Origin: Terriglobia bacterium
Lineage (GTDB): Bacteria > Acidobacteriota > Terriglobia > Acidiferrales > UBA7541
Assembly: GCA_963695545.1 (NCBI GenBank)
Contig: OY968796.1
Coordinates: 2,368,001 to 2,432,000, forward strand
Length of the DNA stretch: 64,000 nt
Direction: 5' to 3'
Below, piece after piece: positions 1 through 9,584 of this stretch. Below the pieces are notes generated by a model. The model saw only the letters and a list, made by a program, of their open reading frames with translations, ran no database searches and was not told where the DNA came from. A program made the position numbers and the translations under genes. Position 1 is the stretch's first letter. The number at the start of each line of letters is the position of its first letter.

Positions 1-1054
1 CGCGGCCGGTGAATTCATCCACGATGATCACTTCGCCGTTTTTGACGACGTAATCGACGTCGCGTTTGTAAAGGGTGTGCGCGCGCAGGCCCTGATAGAC
101 GTGATGCATGGTCTCGATATTCACGGCATCGGAGAGATTGGTGATGCCGAGCAATCGCTCGCACTTGCTGAAGCCTTCTTCGGTGAGCGTCGCAGTGCGC
201 AGCTTTTCGTCGACGGTGTAGTCGATTTCCTGAATCAGCTTGGGAATGATTTTGTCGATGCGGTAATACTTGTCGGCGGCTTCGTCCGAAGGCCCCGAAA
301 TAATCAGCGGCGTGCGCGCTTCGTCGATCAGGATCGAATCGACTTCGTCGACGATGGCGAACCGGTGGCCGCGCTGGACGCATTGCTCGAGATCGTACTT
401 CATGTTGTCGCGCAGATAATCGAAGCCGTACTCGTTGTTCGTGCCGTAGGTAATGTCGGCTCCGTAGGCCGCGCGGCGCTGCAGGTCGTCCAAATCGTGC
501 ACAATCACGCCGACGGTGAGGCCGAGCGCTTTGTAAATCGGCGCCATCCATTCGGCGTCGCGGCGTGCCAGATAATCGTTCACGGTGACGATGTGCACGC
601 CGCGCCCGGCCAGCGATTCAAGATACGCCGGCAGCGTGGCCACGAGCGTTTTGCCTTCGCCGGTTTTCATCTCGGCGATGCGCCCTTGATGCAGCACGAC
701 TCCGCCGATCAATTGCACATCGAAGTGGCGCATTCCCAGCGTGCGACGGCCGGCCTCGCGCACCGCGGCGAAGGCCGGTTCGAGCACGAGATCGAGCGCC
801 GCATTCACCAGCTGCTTGTACTCGAAGCTCCTGCGGTAATCAGGATCCTCGTTGGTGTCTTTTGCGAGTTCCGCCTGAACCACGGCGCGCAACTCGACCG
901 TCTTGGCGAGCAGCTCCGCGTCGGTCAACGCCTCAAATTCGGGCGCGAGCGCGTTGATGGCGTCCACGCGCGGCTGAATTTTCTTGATGTCGCGCTCGTG
1001 CTTGGTGCCGATAAAGCGCGCGACTACGCCATCTATGATTTCTTCGACTTTCAT
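1..1054 (-). CDS. secA: Preprotein translocase subunit SecA (5' part; runs off the window)
   Basis: Manual minus-strand translation from ATG 1054: [25 protein letters not shown]...[11 protein letters not shown]...[10 protein letters not shown]...[20 protein letters not shown]...[10 protein letters not shown]. Absent from the ORF track because the stop lies outside the window. Confidence 0.97.
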   Translation of the reverse strand, partial: MKVEEIIDGVVARFIGTKHERDIKKIQPRVDAINALAPEFEALTDAELLAKTVELRAVVQAELAKDTNEDPDYRRSFEYKQLVNAALDLVLEPAFAAVREAGRRTLGMRHFDVQLIGGVVLHQGRIAEMKTGEGKTLVATLPAYLESLAGRGVHIVTVNDYLARRDAEWMAPIYKALGLTVGVIVHDLDDLQRRAAYGADITYGTNNEYGFDYLRDNMKYDLEQCVQRGHRFAIVDEVDSILIDEARTPLIISGPSDEAADKYYRIDKIIPKLIQEIDYTVDEKLRTATLTEEGFSKCERLLGITNLSDAVNIETMHHVYQGLRAHTLYKRDVDYVVKNGEVIIVDEFTGR

Positions 1055-1261
1055 CGTTTCCCTGAGGTGGCTTCTCCGCGGAGCGTACGCCGTGCGCCGC
1101 TCGAAAATCGCCCGTATACAACAGAAGCAGTCCCACTGCCCCGGGACTGCTTCCGGTGAAGTCTGGACGACAAAATCATTGTACCGCGCCCGGCGCGCAG
1201 GGTGCAAAGTAGGGCGGCGGGGGTTGCTGGAGCGGAGGTGGAAATGGGATCAGGTATATAT

Positions 1262-1560
1262 ACCCCCGGTATATTTTGCGAAAGTGCAGTAAACAAAGGG
1301 GATGCAGGGAAAGAGTGCGGATGAGTGTGAAAAGACAGTGAGTTAAAAGTTCTTTGTTTGAATGAGTTGCGCACTCTTTTGTAATGCATTGAAAACAATG
1401 TGGTTGCGGACGGGGATAATGCGATGAATGGAGCGACGCGGTTCACTTCGGGCGTCCCGGGGAAAAGTGCGCGGGCACGACAATTCGAATTGGTGGGAGA
1501 GAACACGGAAAAAGGTAGCATAACTGTATAACAATGTCAAGTACTACTTGAGTATTCGAA
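1262..1560 (-). other. AT-rich non-coding element, copy 1 (putative ncRNA or repeat element)
   Basis: Left end ACCCCCGGT-x-TTTT, internal 22-bp AA[GC]T-N14-A[GC]TT-like motifs, and right-end promoter plus TTGAGTATTCGAA box. Same architecture as 25762-26083. Confidence 0.55.
1512..1540 (-). promoter_or_regulatory. sigma70-type promoter TTGACA-N17-TACCTT with extended -10 TG
   Basis: Reverse complement reads TTGACA ttgttatacagttatgc TACCTT. Confidence 0.65.
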
Positions 1561-1770
1561 ACAATTTCCACAGGGTGAGAAGATTCCGAAAGCCCAATGG
1601 CAAATCCAACTCGCCCGCGAGCGGCGGGGCGGGCGCGCGGGGTAGCGGGAAGGGCGTGACTCGGGCAGTCCCAGCGCCCTTGCTGTATTGCAGGGTGACA
1701 CCCGGCGCGTTCTCGTTCAGAATGAAGTGTTCGCGGCGGCGTGCGTGCCGTCGCAGGGAGAAACCGACCG

Positions 1771-2607
1771 ATGCCGCCAGGCCCAGCAGCGCCGCAAGAA
1801 CGGATGCCCATCGAGGGCGTGAAGAATTTGATTGTGGTCGCCAGCGGGAAGGGCGGCGTTGGCAAAACCACGGTGGCCGTGAACCTGGCGATTGCGCTTT
1901 CGCGCATGGGTTCGGCCGTGGGCTTGCTCGACGCCGACGTATATGGGCCGAATGTGCCGCTGATGCTGGGCACGCAAGAGCAGCCGCAGGCGCTGAGCGA
2001 GCGCGAAATTCTGCCGGTGGAAGCGGGCGGCTTGAAAGTGATCTCGATGGGCCTGCTGATGCCCGGCGATAAGCCGATGATTTGGCGCGGGCCGATGTTG
2101 CACAGCGTAATTTTGCAATTTTTGCGCAGCGTGGTGTGGGGCAAACTCGATTACTTGATCGTGGATTTGCCGCCGGGCACGGGCGACGTTCATCTGACGC
2201 TGATTCAAACTGTGCCGGTGACTGGCGCGGTGGTGGTGACCACGCCGTCGGTTGTGGCGCTGGCTGACGTGCGCAAGGCGATTGAAATGTTTCGCCAGGT
2301 GAACGTGGAAATATTGGGCGTGGTCGAAAACATGAGTTATCTGGTTTGCCCACACTGCCAGGAGCGCATCGATGTTTTCGGCCAAGGCGAAGGGCGCCGC
2401 GTCGCCGAACAGTTTGGCGTGCCGCTGCTGGGCGAAATCGAAATCGATCCGAGGATTCGCATCGGCGGCGATACGGGCAAACCTGTGGCCGCGCAGGGAG
2501 AAGACGCGCCGGGCGCCGCGAGCATTTACGCCATGGCCCGCGCGGTGGCCGCGCGCGCGGAAGAAGTTCGCAGCGCGGGGGCCGGGCCGCGCGTGCAAAT
2601 CGTGTGA
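1771..2607 (+). CDS. apbC: Mrp/ApbC (NBP35) family Fe-S cluster carrier ATPase
   Basis: GKGGVGKTT deviant Walker A, DADVYGP, WRGPM, DLPPGTGD, ENMS..CPHC; GGGAG RBS before ATG 1771. Confidence 0.93.
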   Translation: MPPGPAAPQERMPIEGVKNLIVVASGKGGVGKTTVAVNLAIALSRMGSAVGLLDADVYGPNVPLMLGTQEQPQALSEREILPVEAGGLKVISMGLLMPGDKPMIWRGPMLHSVILQFLRSVVWGKLDYLIVDLPPGTGDVHLTLIQTVPVTGAVVVTTPSVVALADVRKAIEMFRQVNVEILGVVENMSYLVCPHCQERIDVFGQGEGRRVAEQFGVPLLGEIEIDPRIRIGGDTGKPVAAQGEDAPGAASIYAMARAVAARAEEVRSAGAGPRVQIV

Positions 2608-2651
2608 ATGCCGAAGCTTCCGCGCCACTTCGTTCAAATGTTTGCCTTCAG

Positions 2652-2667
2652 CGTTTCACGTGGAACT
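2652..2667. promoter_or_regulatory. parS-like centromere site CGTTTCACGTGGAACT
   Basis: Intergenic; the inner 14 bp GTTTCACGTGGAAC fit the bacterial parS consensus TGTTNCACGTGNAACA. Confidence 0.65.
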
Positions 2668-2843
2668 CCTGGTGTGCGCGTGGGCACCGAGAGCGCCGCT
2701 CGCATCGCGTCGCTGCGGCGCGATTTCTTGTCAGCCTCGAAGGCGTGTGCTAGCGTGACAATTCGAGCGATGTTTTTTCGCGCGCGGGACGCGCGTGAGT
2801 TTCCGAGTGCGCGCCGAGTTCTTCGGGTGAGCCAGGTGGCTTT

Positions 2844-3380
2844 GTGATTCGCAGCTATCGCGGGCAGTGGCCGAAGATCGCGTCGTCGGCGTACGTTGAT
2901 CCGGCGGCGACGGTGATCGGCGACGTGAGCATCGGCGAATCTTCGAGTGTGTGGCCGGGCGCAGTGATTCGCGGCGACGTGAACGTGATTCGCATTGGCT
3001 CGCGCACAAATATTCAGGACGGCGCGGTGCTGCACGTAATGCGCGAAAAATTCGGGCTTGAGTTGGGCGATAGCGTGACGGTCGGGCACGGCGCCGTGCT
3101 GCACGGCTGCCGGATCGAATCGCGCGTGCTGATCGGCATGGGCGCGATCGTGTTGAATGGCGCGCGCGTCGGAGAGGGTTCGATCATCGCCGCGGGCACG
3201 CTGGTACTCGAAGGCACGATTGTGCCGCCCGGATCGTTGTTTCTGGGACACCCCGGGAAATTTCATCGCGCGCTCACGCCGCAGGATTTGGATGGAATCG
3301 ACCGTTACGCCGCGCGTTACGTCGAGTACGCCGAGACATACAAGGCCGAAACCGCGGCCGAGGAAAGCCGGCACCAGTGA
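2844..3380 (+). CDS. Gamma-carbonic anhydrase-like (YrdA/PaaY) hexapeptide-repeat protein
   Basis: IRGDVN.IRIG..TNIQDGAVLH and VTVGHGAVLHGC motifs. Confidence 0.9.
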   Translation: MIRSYRGQWPKIASSAYVDPAATVIGDVSIGESSSVWPGAVIRGDVNVIRIGSRTNIQDGAVLHVMREKFGLELGDSVTVGHGAVLHGCRIESRVLIGMGAIVLNGARVGEGSIIAAGTLVLEGTIVPPGSLFLGHPGKFHRALTPQDLDGIDRYAARYVEYAETYKAETAAEESRHQ

Positions 3381-4960
3381 AATTTCAGGCCATTAAGGGC
3401 GTGCGCGACATTTTGCCACCGGACTCCGCGCTGTGGAATCGCGTGGAGCAGACCGCGCGCGAAGTGTTTGGCACATTTCGCTTCGCCGAAATCAGGCTGC
3501 CCATTTTCGAGCAAACGCAGTTGTTCGTGCGTTCGATCGGCACGGATACCGATGTGGTCAGCAAGGAAATGTTTTCCTTCGACGAGCAGGGAGGCGGCGC
3601 GCTGCTTCGCGCTCGAGAGAACGTCAGGAATTTCATGACGCAGGGCCAACTGGATCAGCACGCTGTCGTGGTGTTTCGCGGATTTGTCGACGATTTCATC
3701 AAACGGCGTGACGAAGCGATCGCGCAGGGGGTTCTTGAAGTTGACCGCGATGCGAGCGACTTCTTTCAATACTTATTGTCGAGCGTGCGCCAGCTCGACG
3801 AGTTTGCGGCAGCGGGGCAGTGGAGCGATTCGGAATTACTGGGGATCATCAAACTCATACAGCAGGCGACGGCATATATAAGGATAGGTGAAAGCCTCAG
3901 CCTGCGACCGGAGGCCACGGCCTCAGTGGTGCGCGCCTACATCGAGCACGGGATGCAGACGCTGCCGGGCGACGTAAAACTTTATTACATCGGGCCGATG
4001 TTTCGGCGCGAGCGGCCGCAGAAGGGGCGCTACCGGCAGTTCTATCAGATCGGCGCGGAAGTGCTGGGCGCGTCGGACAATCCGCGCATCGACGCGGAAT
4101 TGATCGAGATGCTGATGACGTTTCTCGATCGCTTGGAGCTTGTGGGCGCGAAGCTGGCGATCAATTCGATTGGGTGCCAACAATGCCGGCCCGCGTACGT
4201 GGAAACATTGCGCGCGGCGCTGCGCAAGGTGAAAGATCGCCTGGGCGCGGATAGCCAGCGGCGCATCGAGACGAATCCGCTGCGCGTTCTCGATTCGAAG
4301 CTGCCGGAAGAGCAGGGAATTATCGAGACGCTGCCGCGCATCGCCGACCATCTGTGCGCGGATTGCCGCGAGCACTTCGCGCAATTGCAAGAACAATTGA
4401 AACTGCGCGGCATCGCTTGCGAAATTAATTGGCGCCTGGTGCGAGGACTCGACTACTACACGCGCACGACGTTTGAGATCACCGCGCCGGGGCTCGGTTC
4501 GCAAGACGCGATTTGCGGCGGCGGACGCTATGACGGGTTGGTCGAGCTGCTGGGCGGTCCGCCGACCAAGGGGATCGGCTTCGCGATCGGAACGGACCGG
4601 ATGATTTTGTCTTTGCAAGAATCGAAAAAGGCCGATGGGGTTGCACGGCTGGACGTGTGTTTCGTGTGGTTCGGCGCGGCGACGTATCCGGTTGCCGCGA
4701 AACTCGCCGCGAAGTTACGCGCCGACGGGTTCCGCGTAGAATTGCCGAGCGAAGAAATGAAATTCAAAAAAGCGCTGAGCCTGGCGGATCGGCTGGGCGC
4801 GCGCCATGCGATTATCGTTGGCGAGGACGAATTGGCCGCGGGCGTGTTCACGATCAAGCGCCTGGCGGACGGCACGCAGCAAAAGCTCGGCGAATCGGAG
4901 TTGCTGACGTATCTTTCTTCTGATCGGGCTTCAAATCGGGCTTCTGAGCGGGGCGCTTGA
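3377..4960 (+). CDS. hisS: Histidine--tRNA ligase with ~100-aa insertion
   Basis: KGVRD, KEMFSF, LRPEATA, FRRERPQKGRYRQFYQ, LVRGLDYYT, GGGRYDGL. Confidence 0.96.
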   Translation: MKFQAIKGVRDILPPDSALWNRVEQTAREVFGTFRFAEIRLPIFEQTQLFVRSIGTDTDVVSKEMFSFDEQGGGALLRARENVRNFMTQGQLDQHAVVVFRGFVDDFIKRRDEAIAQGVLEVDRDASDFFQYLLSSVRQLDEFAAAGQWSDSELLGIIKLIQQATAYIRIGESLSLRPEATASVVRAYIEHGMQTLPGDVKLYYIGPMFRRERPQKGRYRQFYQIGAEVLGASDNPRIDAELIEMLMTFLDRLELVGAKLAINSIGCQQCRPAYVETLRAALRKVKDRLGADSQRRIETNPLRVLDSKLPEEQGIIETLPRIADHLCADCREHFAQLQEQLKLRGIACEINWRLVRGLDYYTRTTFEITAPGLGSQDAICGGGRYDGLVELLGGPPTKGIGFAIGTDRMILSLQESKKADGVARLDVCFVWFGAATYPVAAKLAAKLRADGFRVELPSEEMKFKKALSLADRLGARHAIIVGEDELAAGVFTIKRLADGTQQKLGESELLTYLSSDRASNRASERGA

Positions 4961-6750
4961 CGATGCAACTCGACGCATTGGGAGATTGGCAGCGCACAAA
5001 TTCTTGCGGAGATCTGCGCGCGGCGGACGTCGATCGCGAAGTGACGCTGACGGGGTGGGTGCATCGGCGCCGCGATTTGGGGCAACTGATTTTTCTCGAT
5101 GTGCGCGATCGCTCGGGAATCGCGCAGGTGGTTTTCAATAAAGAGCAAAATCCGGCGGCGCACGCTCGCGCGGAGGAAGTGCGCGGGGAATACGTGGTCG
5201 CCGCGCGCGGACGCGTGGTGGCGCGGCAAAAGGCCAATCCGGATTTGGCGTCCGGCGAAATCGAAGTGATCGGCGGCGAGTTGCGCTTGTTGAACACGGC
5301 GAAAACGCCGCCGTTCATGATCGAAGACGAAGTGAGCGCGAGCGAAGAGACGCGCTTGCGCTACCGCTATCTCGATTTACGGCGCACCCGGCCGAAAGAC
5401 AATATCGCGCTGCGGCATCGCGTGCTGCTCGAAATACGCCGCACGCTCGATGAGCTTGGCTTCTACGAAATCGAAACGCCGATGCTCACGCGCTCGACTC
5501 CGGAGGGCGCGCGCGATTATCTGGTGCCGAGTCGCGTGCATCGCGGGCATTTTTACGCGCTGCCGCAATCGCCGCAGATTTTTAAACAAATTCTGATGAT
5601 CGCCGGAATGGAGCGCTATTTTCAGATTGTGCGCTGCTTCCGCGACGAAGATTTGCGCGCGGATCGCCAGCCGGAATTCACGCAACTCGATTTCGAGATG
5701 TCGTTTCCCACGCAGGACGCGATCTTCAGCGTGATCGAGCGCGTGATGGAGCGCGTGTGCGCCGCGGCGGGAGTCGAGGTACACGGGCCGTTTCCGCGTC
5801 TTGAATATCGCGAGGCCATGCGGCGCTTTGGTTCCGACAAGCCCGACATGCGCTTCGGAATGGAACTGCGCGACGTTACTTCGCACTTTGCGGCGGCGCA
5901 AGCGAAGCTGGGCTTCGCGGGGAGCGTGCAAGCGATCGCTGCACCCGGCGGCGCGGCGCTTTCGCGGAAACAGCTCGACGAATTGACCGAGCGCGCGAAA
6001 TCGCTCGGCGCTTCGGGCGTGTATACGATTAAGCTGACGCCGGAAGGCGCCGCTGCGTCGTCGCTTGAAAAGGCGCTGGGAGCTGACACGGTGCGCGCGA
6101 TCGCCGCGGCAGCCGGCGCGAAGGCGGGCGATCTTGTAGTGGCCGTGGCCGCGAAAGAGCAGATTCCTGGGACGGACGCCGCAGCGCTCGTCGCCGGTCA
6201 ATTGCGTTTGCATTTGGGCGAAAAGCTGGCGCTCGTGCCGGCGGACCAATGGAAATTCACGTGGATCACGGGCTTTGCGCTGTTTGAATGGAGCGAAACG
6301 GAGAAGCGCGTGGTGAGCGCGCAGCACCCGTTCACCGGCATCGTCGAGGAGGATTTGCCGAAGCTCGAGGATCCTTCCGACTCCGTGCGGCTCTCGATGC
6401 GCTCGAAGGGCTACGATCTCGTGCTGAATGGCGTCGAGCTCGGCTCGGGCAGCATTCGGATTCACCAGCAGGAAGTGCAGCAGCGGCTGTTTCGCGCGCT
6501 CGGACTTTCCGACGAACAGCAGCGCGCCCGGTTCGGGTTTTTCCTCGATGCGCTGACGTACGGCACGCCTCCGCACGGTGGCATCGCGCTCGGCCTTGAT
6601 CGCGTGGTGGCGCTGCTCGCGGGCGAAAAATCCATTCGCGAGGTGATCGCGTTTCCGAAAACCGCGAGCGCGCAGGACTTGATGGCCGACGCGCCCAGCA
6701 CGGTCAGCCGCGATCAACTCGATGACCTGGGAATCGCGGTGAAGGAATGA
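4957..6750 (+). CDS. aspS: Aspartate--tRNA ligase
   Basis: GWVHRRRDLG, RYRYLDLRR, TPEGARDYLVPSR, CFRDEDLRADRQPEFTQ, PPHGGIALGLDR. Start may be ATG 4963. Confidence 0.97.
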   Translation: MTMQLDALGDWQRTNSCGDLRAADVDREVTLTGWVHRRRDLGQLIFLDVRDRSGIAQVVFNKEQNPAAHARAEEVRGEYVVAARGRVVARQKANPDLASGEIEVIGGELRLLNTAKTPPFMIEDEVSASEETRLRYRYLDLRRTRPKDNIALRHRVLLEIRRTLDELGFYEIETPMLTRSTPEGARDYLVPSRVHRGHFYALPQSPQIFKQILMIAGMERYFQIVRCFRDEDLRADRQPEFTQLDFEMSFPTQDAIFSVIERVMERVCAAAGVEVHGPFPRLEYREAMRRFGSDKPDMRFGMELRDVTSHFAAAQAKLGFAGSVQAIAAPGGAALSRKQLDELTERAKSLGASGVYTIKLTPEGAAASSLEKALGADTVRAIAAAAGAKAGDLVVAVAAKEQIPGTDAAALVAGQLRLHLGEKLALVPADQWKFTWITGFALFEWSETEKRVVSAQHPFTGIVEEDLPKLEDPSDSVRLSMRSKGYDLVLNGVELGSGSIRIHQQEVQQRLFRALGLSDEQQRARFGFFLDALTYGTPPHGGIALGLDRVVALLAGEKSIREVIAFPKTASAQDLMADAPSTVSRDQLDDLGIAVKE

Positions 6751-8726
6751 GTCGCGTTCGCATCCTGCCGGAAGCTGTCGCGAATCGCATCGCGGCTGGG
6801 GAAGTTGTGGAGCGGCCGGCGTCGGTGGTGAAGGAGCTGGTCGAGAACGCGCTTGACGCAGGCGCGAGCGAAGTGCGCGTCGAAGCCGAATCCGGCGGCA
6901 AGCGCATGATTCGCGTTTCGGACGACGGCGGCGGCATGGCGCACGACGACGCGCTGCTGGCGTTCGAGCGCCACGCCACATCGAAGCTGCGCACGTCCGA
7001 CGACTTGCTCTCCATCGCCACGCTCGGGTTTCGCGGAGAAGCGCTGCCATCGATCGCGTCGGTTTCGCGGCTGCTGCTCGAAACGCGCGCCGCCGAAGAA
7101 GCCGAGGGAACGCGCATCGAATTTGCCGGCGGGAAATTGATCGGCGTGAAACCGATGGGCGCGCCGGTGGGCACCACGGTCAGCGTGGCGGATTTGTTTT
7201 ATTGCGTGCCGGCGCGGAGAAAATTCCTGAAGTCGGAATCGACCGAGCTGGGCCACATCGCTTCGCTCGTCACGCACTACGCCCTGGCGCATCCGGGCCG
7301 CCACTTCGTGCTCAAAACGCCGACGCAGGAAATCGTGAACGTTCCGCCGGCCGCGAATTTGTCCGACCGCGTCTATCAACTCTTTGGCCGGCAAGCGCTC
7401 GAGGAATTGCTCGAGCTGCCCACAGCGACGGCGCCGTTGCGCGCCGCGATCACAGAGCCCGAGCTCGAGCCCGCCGAGCGCGCGTCGCAACTTTCCGTCG
7501 GCGGATTTGTTTCGCGTCCGGAAGTGCAGCGCGCGAATCGCAATAGCATCTACATTTTCGTCAATCGGCGTCTGGTGCGCGATCGCGTGATTCTGCACGC
7601 GATCCACGAGGCCTATCGCAATTTGATGCCGGGCTATTCGTTTCCGTCCGTGCTCTTGTTTTTGGATTTGCCCGCAGAAGAAGTGGATGTGAACGTGCAC
7701 CCGGCCAAAATCGAAGTTCGCTTCCGCCATCCGGCGTTTGTGCACGATTTCGCGCGCGACGTAATTCGCCAAGCGCTTGTCGCGGCGAAACCGATTGCTG
7801 ATTTTCCGCAGTCTTCTGCGTATGCGCCTGGCGCTCCGGACAGCGCCGAGGCATTTCGAGCCGCGGCCGGTGCAGCGGGTGATTCCGCGGCGTCCGGAGC
7901 TCCTCGCGCGGTGATCCCGCCTCTTGGGCCGCTCGGTGACGCAGGACTTGCCGAAGAATTTCAGTTGAGCGTGGCGCCGTCCGAGCCCGTCCCGCAGCGC
8001 TTTGAATTCGGCACGCCTGGAAATTCCGCCGCAGCCGCGGCCCTTGGCGCGTTCGGCGCCGAAGCGGCCATGCAACCGGCCGTTTTTGCCGAACATTTTC
8101 GCGAAGTCGCGGCGCAACGCGCGGACGCGCCGGCGAACGCGCACAGCATCGGCGCGCTCAAGCCGCTGGGCCAGGTGAATTCGAGTTTCATCGTGGCCGT
8201 AAACGGCGAAGGATTGTGGATCATCGATCAGCACGTGGCGCACGAGCGCATTTTATTCGAGCAGCATCTGAAAGCGCGGCGCGAAGGCGCGCTCACGGGG
8301 CAGCGTCTGCTCGTGCCGATCGTGGCGGAACTTTCGCCGGGGCAACTTGCGATTTTCGAGCGCATCGCCGAGGAGCTTTCGGCCAACGGCTTTGACGCCG
8401 CGATGATGGGCCCGCGCACCGTGGCTATCCAAGCGGCGCCCGCCGGAATCGCCAGCGCCGACGCCGAGCGGCTTCTGCTCGAGATTCTGGACGGCATCGA
8501 GCGCGAAGACGCCGGCATCTCGATCGATTCGCTGCAAGAAAAAATCGCCGCGTCGACCGCGTGCCGCGCCGCGATCAAAATCAACATGGCGCTCGATCAA
8601 ACCAAGATGGAATGGCTGCTCGACGAATTGGCGCGCACCGAAGCGCCGATGAGCTGCCCGCACGGCCGGCCGATCGTGTTGCGCTATTCGACGCGCGAAA
8701 TCGAGCGCGCTTTCAAGCGCATTTGA
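6747..8726 (+). CDS. mutL: DNA mismatch repair endonuclease MutL
   Basis: IAAGEVVERPASVVKELVEN, GFRGEAL, DVNVHPAK; endonuclease motifs DQHVAHERILFE and CPHGRP. Confidence 0.97.
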   Translation: MSRVRILPEAVANRIAAGEVVERPASVVKELVENALDAGASEVRVEAESGGKRMIRVSDDGGGMAHDDALLAFERHATSKLRTSDDLLSIATLGFRGEALPSIASVSRLLLETRAAEEAEGTRIEFAGGKLIGVKPMGAPVGTTVSVADLFYCVPARRKFLKSESTELGHIASLVTHYALAHPGRHFVLKTPTQEIVNVPPAANLSDRVYQLFGRQALEELLELPTATAPLRAAITEPELEPAERASQLSVGGFVSRPEVQRANRNSIYIFVNRRLVRDRVILHAIHEAYRNLMPGYSFPSVLLFLDLPAEEVDVNVHPAKIEVRFRHPAFVHDFARDVIRQALVAAKPIADFPQSSAYAPGAPDSAEAFRAAAGAAGDSAASGAPRAVIPPLGPLGDAGLAEEFQLSVAPSEPVPQRFEFGTPGNSAAAAALGAFGAEAAMQPAVFAEHFREVAAQRADAPANAHSIGALKPLGQVNSSFIVAVNGEGLWIIDQHVAHERILFEQHLKARREGALTGQRLLVPIVAELSPGQLAIFERIAEELSANGFDAAMMGPRTVAIQAAPAGIASADAERLLLEILDGIEREDAGISIDSLQEKIAASTACRAAIKINMALDQTKMEWLLDELARTEAPMSCPHGRPIVLRYSTREIERAFKRI

Positions 8727-8756
8727 AGCCGTCCGTCGGACGAAGACCTTGGCAAA

Positions 8757-9470
8757 TTGACCGTGCGCAAACTGATCATCGCGATCGATGGGCCCGTGGG
8801 TTCCGGCAAAAGCACGGTGGCGCGGGGCGTGGCCGAATCGCTGGGCTATTCCTATCTCGATAGCGGAGCGATGTATCGCGCGCTCGCGCTCGCCGCGCTG
8901 CGCGCGGGAGTTTCGCTCGCCGATCCGGCGGCGCTCGAGCGTCTGACCGAAGCGACGCGCATCGATTTTGAACGGCATCCCGACGGCCAGCGCGTGCGGC
9001 TGCACGGCGAAGACGTGACCGACGCCATCCGCGCGCAGGAAATCTCATACGCGGCGTCGAAAGTGGCGGCGCTTGCGGGTGTGCGGCGCGTGCTCGTGGC
9101 CGAGCAACGGCGCGCGGGCGCAGGCGGCGCCGTGGTGATGGAGGGGCGCGATATCGGCACGGTCGTCTTTCCTGGCGCCGAACTCAAGATTTTTCTCGAC
9201 GCTTCGCTCGAAGTTCGCGCTCGTCGCCGCTGGCTGCAGCAGCAGGAAAAGCACGAGCCCGCGATTTTCGAGCAAACGCTGGTCGAGACGCGCGAGCGCG
9301 ATCAGCGCGATCGCGAGCGTGTGACCTCGCCGCTGGTGCGCGCCGCGGACGCGGTGCTCGTCGACAACACTGCGATGGACGCCGGCGAAACCGCGCGTTT
9401 AATCGTTATGCTCGCGCGCGAGCGCGAAAACAGCGAGAGCGCGGCTCCAGGCGCTGCCGTTCGTCCGTAG
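8757..9470 (+). CDS. cmk: Cytidylate kinase
   Basis: IAIDGPVGSGKST, LDSGAMYR, MEGRDIGTVVFP. Confidence 0.95.
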   Translation: MTVRKLIIAIDGPVGSGKSTVARGVAESLGYSYLDSGAMYRALALAALRAGVSLADPAALERLTEATRIDFERHPDGQRVRLHGEDVTDAIRAQEISYAASKVAALAGVRRVLVAEQRRAGAGGAVVMEGRDIGTVVFPGAELKIFLDASLEVRARRRWLQQQEKHEPAIFEQTLVETRERDQRDRERVTSPLVRAADAVLVDNTAMDAGETARLIVMLARERENSESAAPGAAVRP

Positions 9471-9584
9471 CGCGGCTCGCAGAGATGTCGCTGCGCAGCC
9501 GCGGCCATTTGAATTTGGCGTCATTAGTCATTATTTGTCCGCGACTCGTTTAGGCACGGGCACTTCGCGCAGGAGGTTGAACTA

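Noticed and set aside
77..1159. Long plus-strand ORF, and similar long antisense ORFs such as 5377..7050, 6714..8243, 14018..15580, 15645..16808 and 23367..25655
   Set aside because: Antisense shadows of well-supported genes in GC-rich DNA, with no recognisable motifs.
3587..3886. Intein or intron in hisS
   Set aside because: No N-terminal Cys/Ser, no His-Asn end and no endonuclease motif; the frame stays open.
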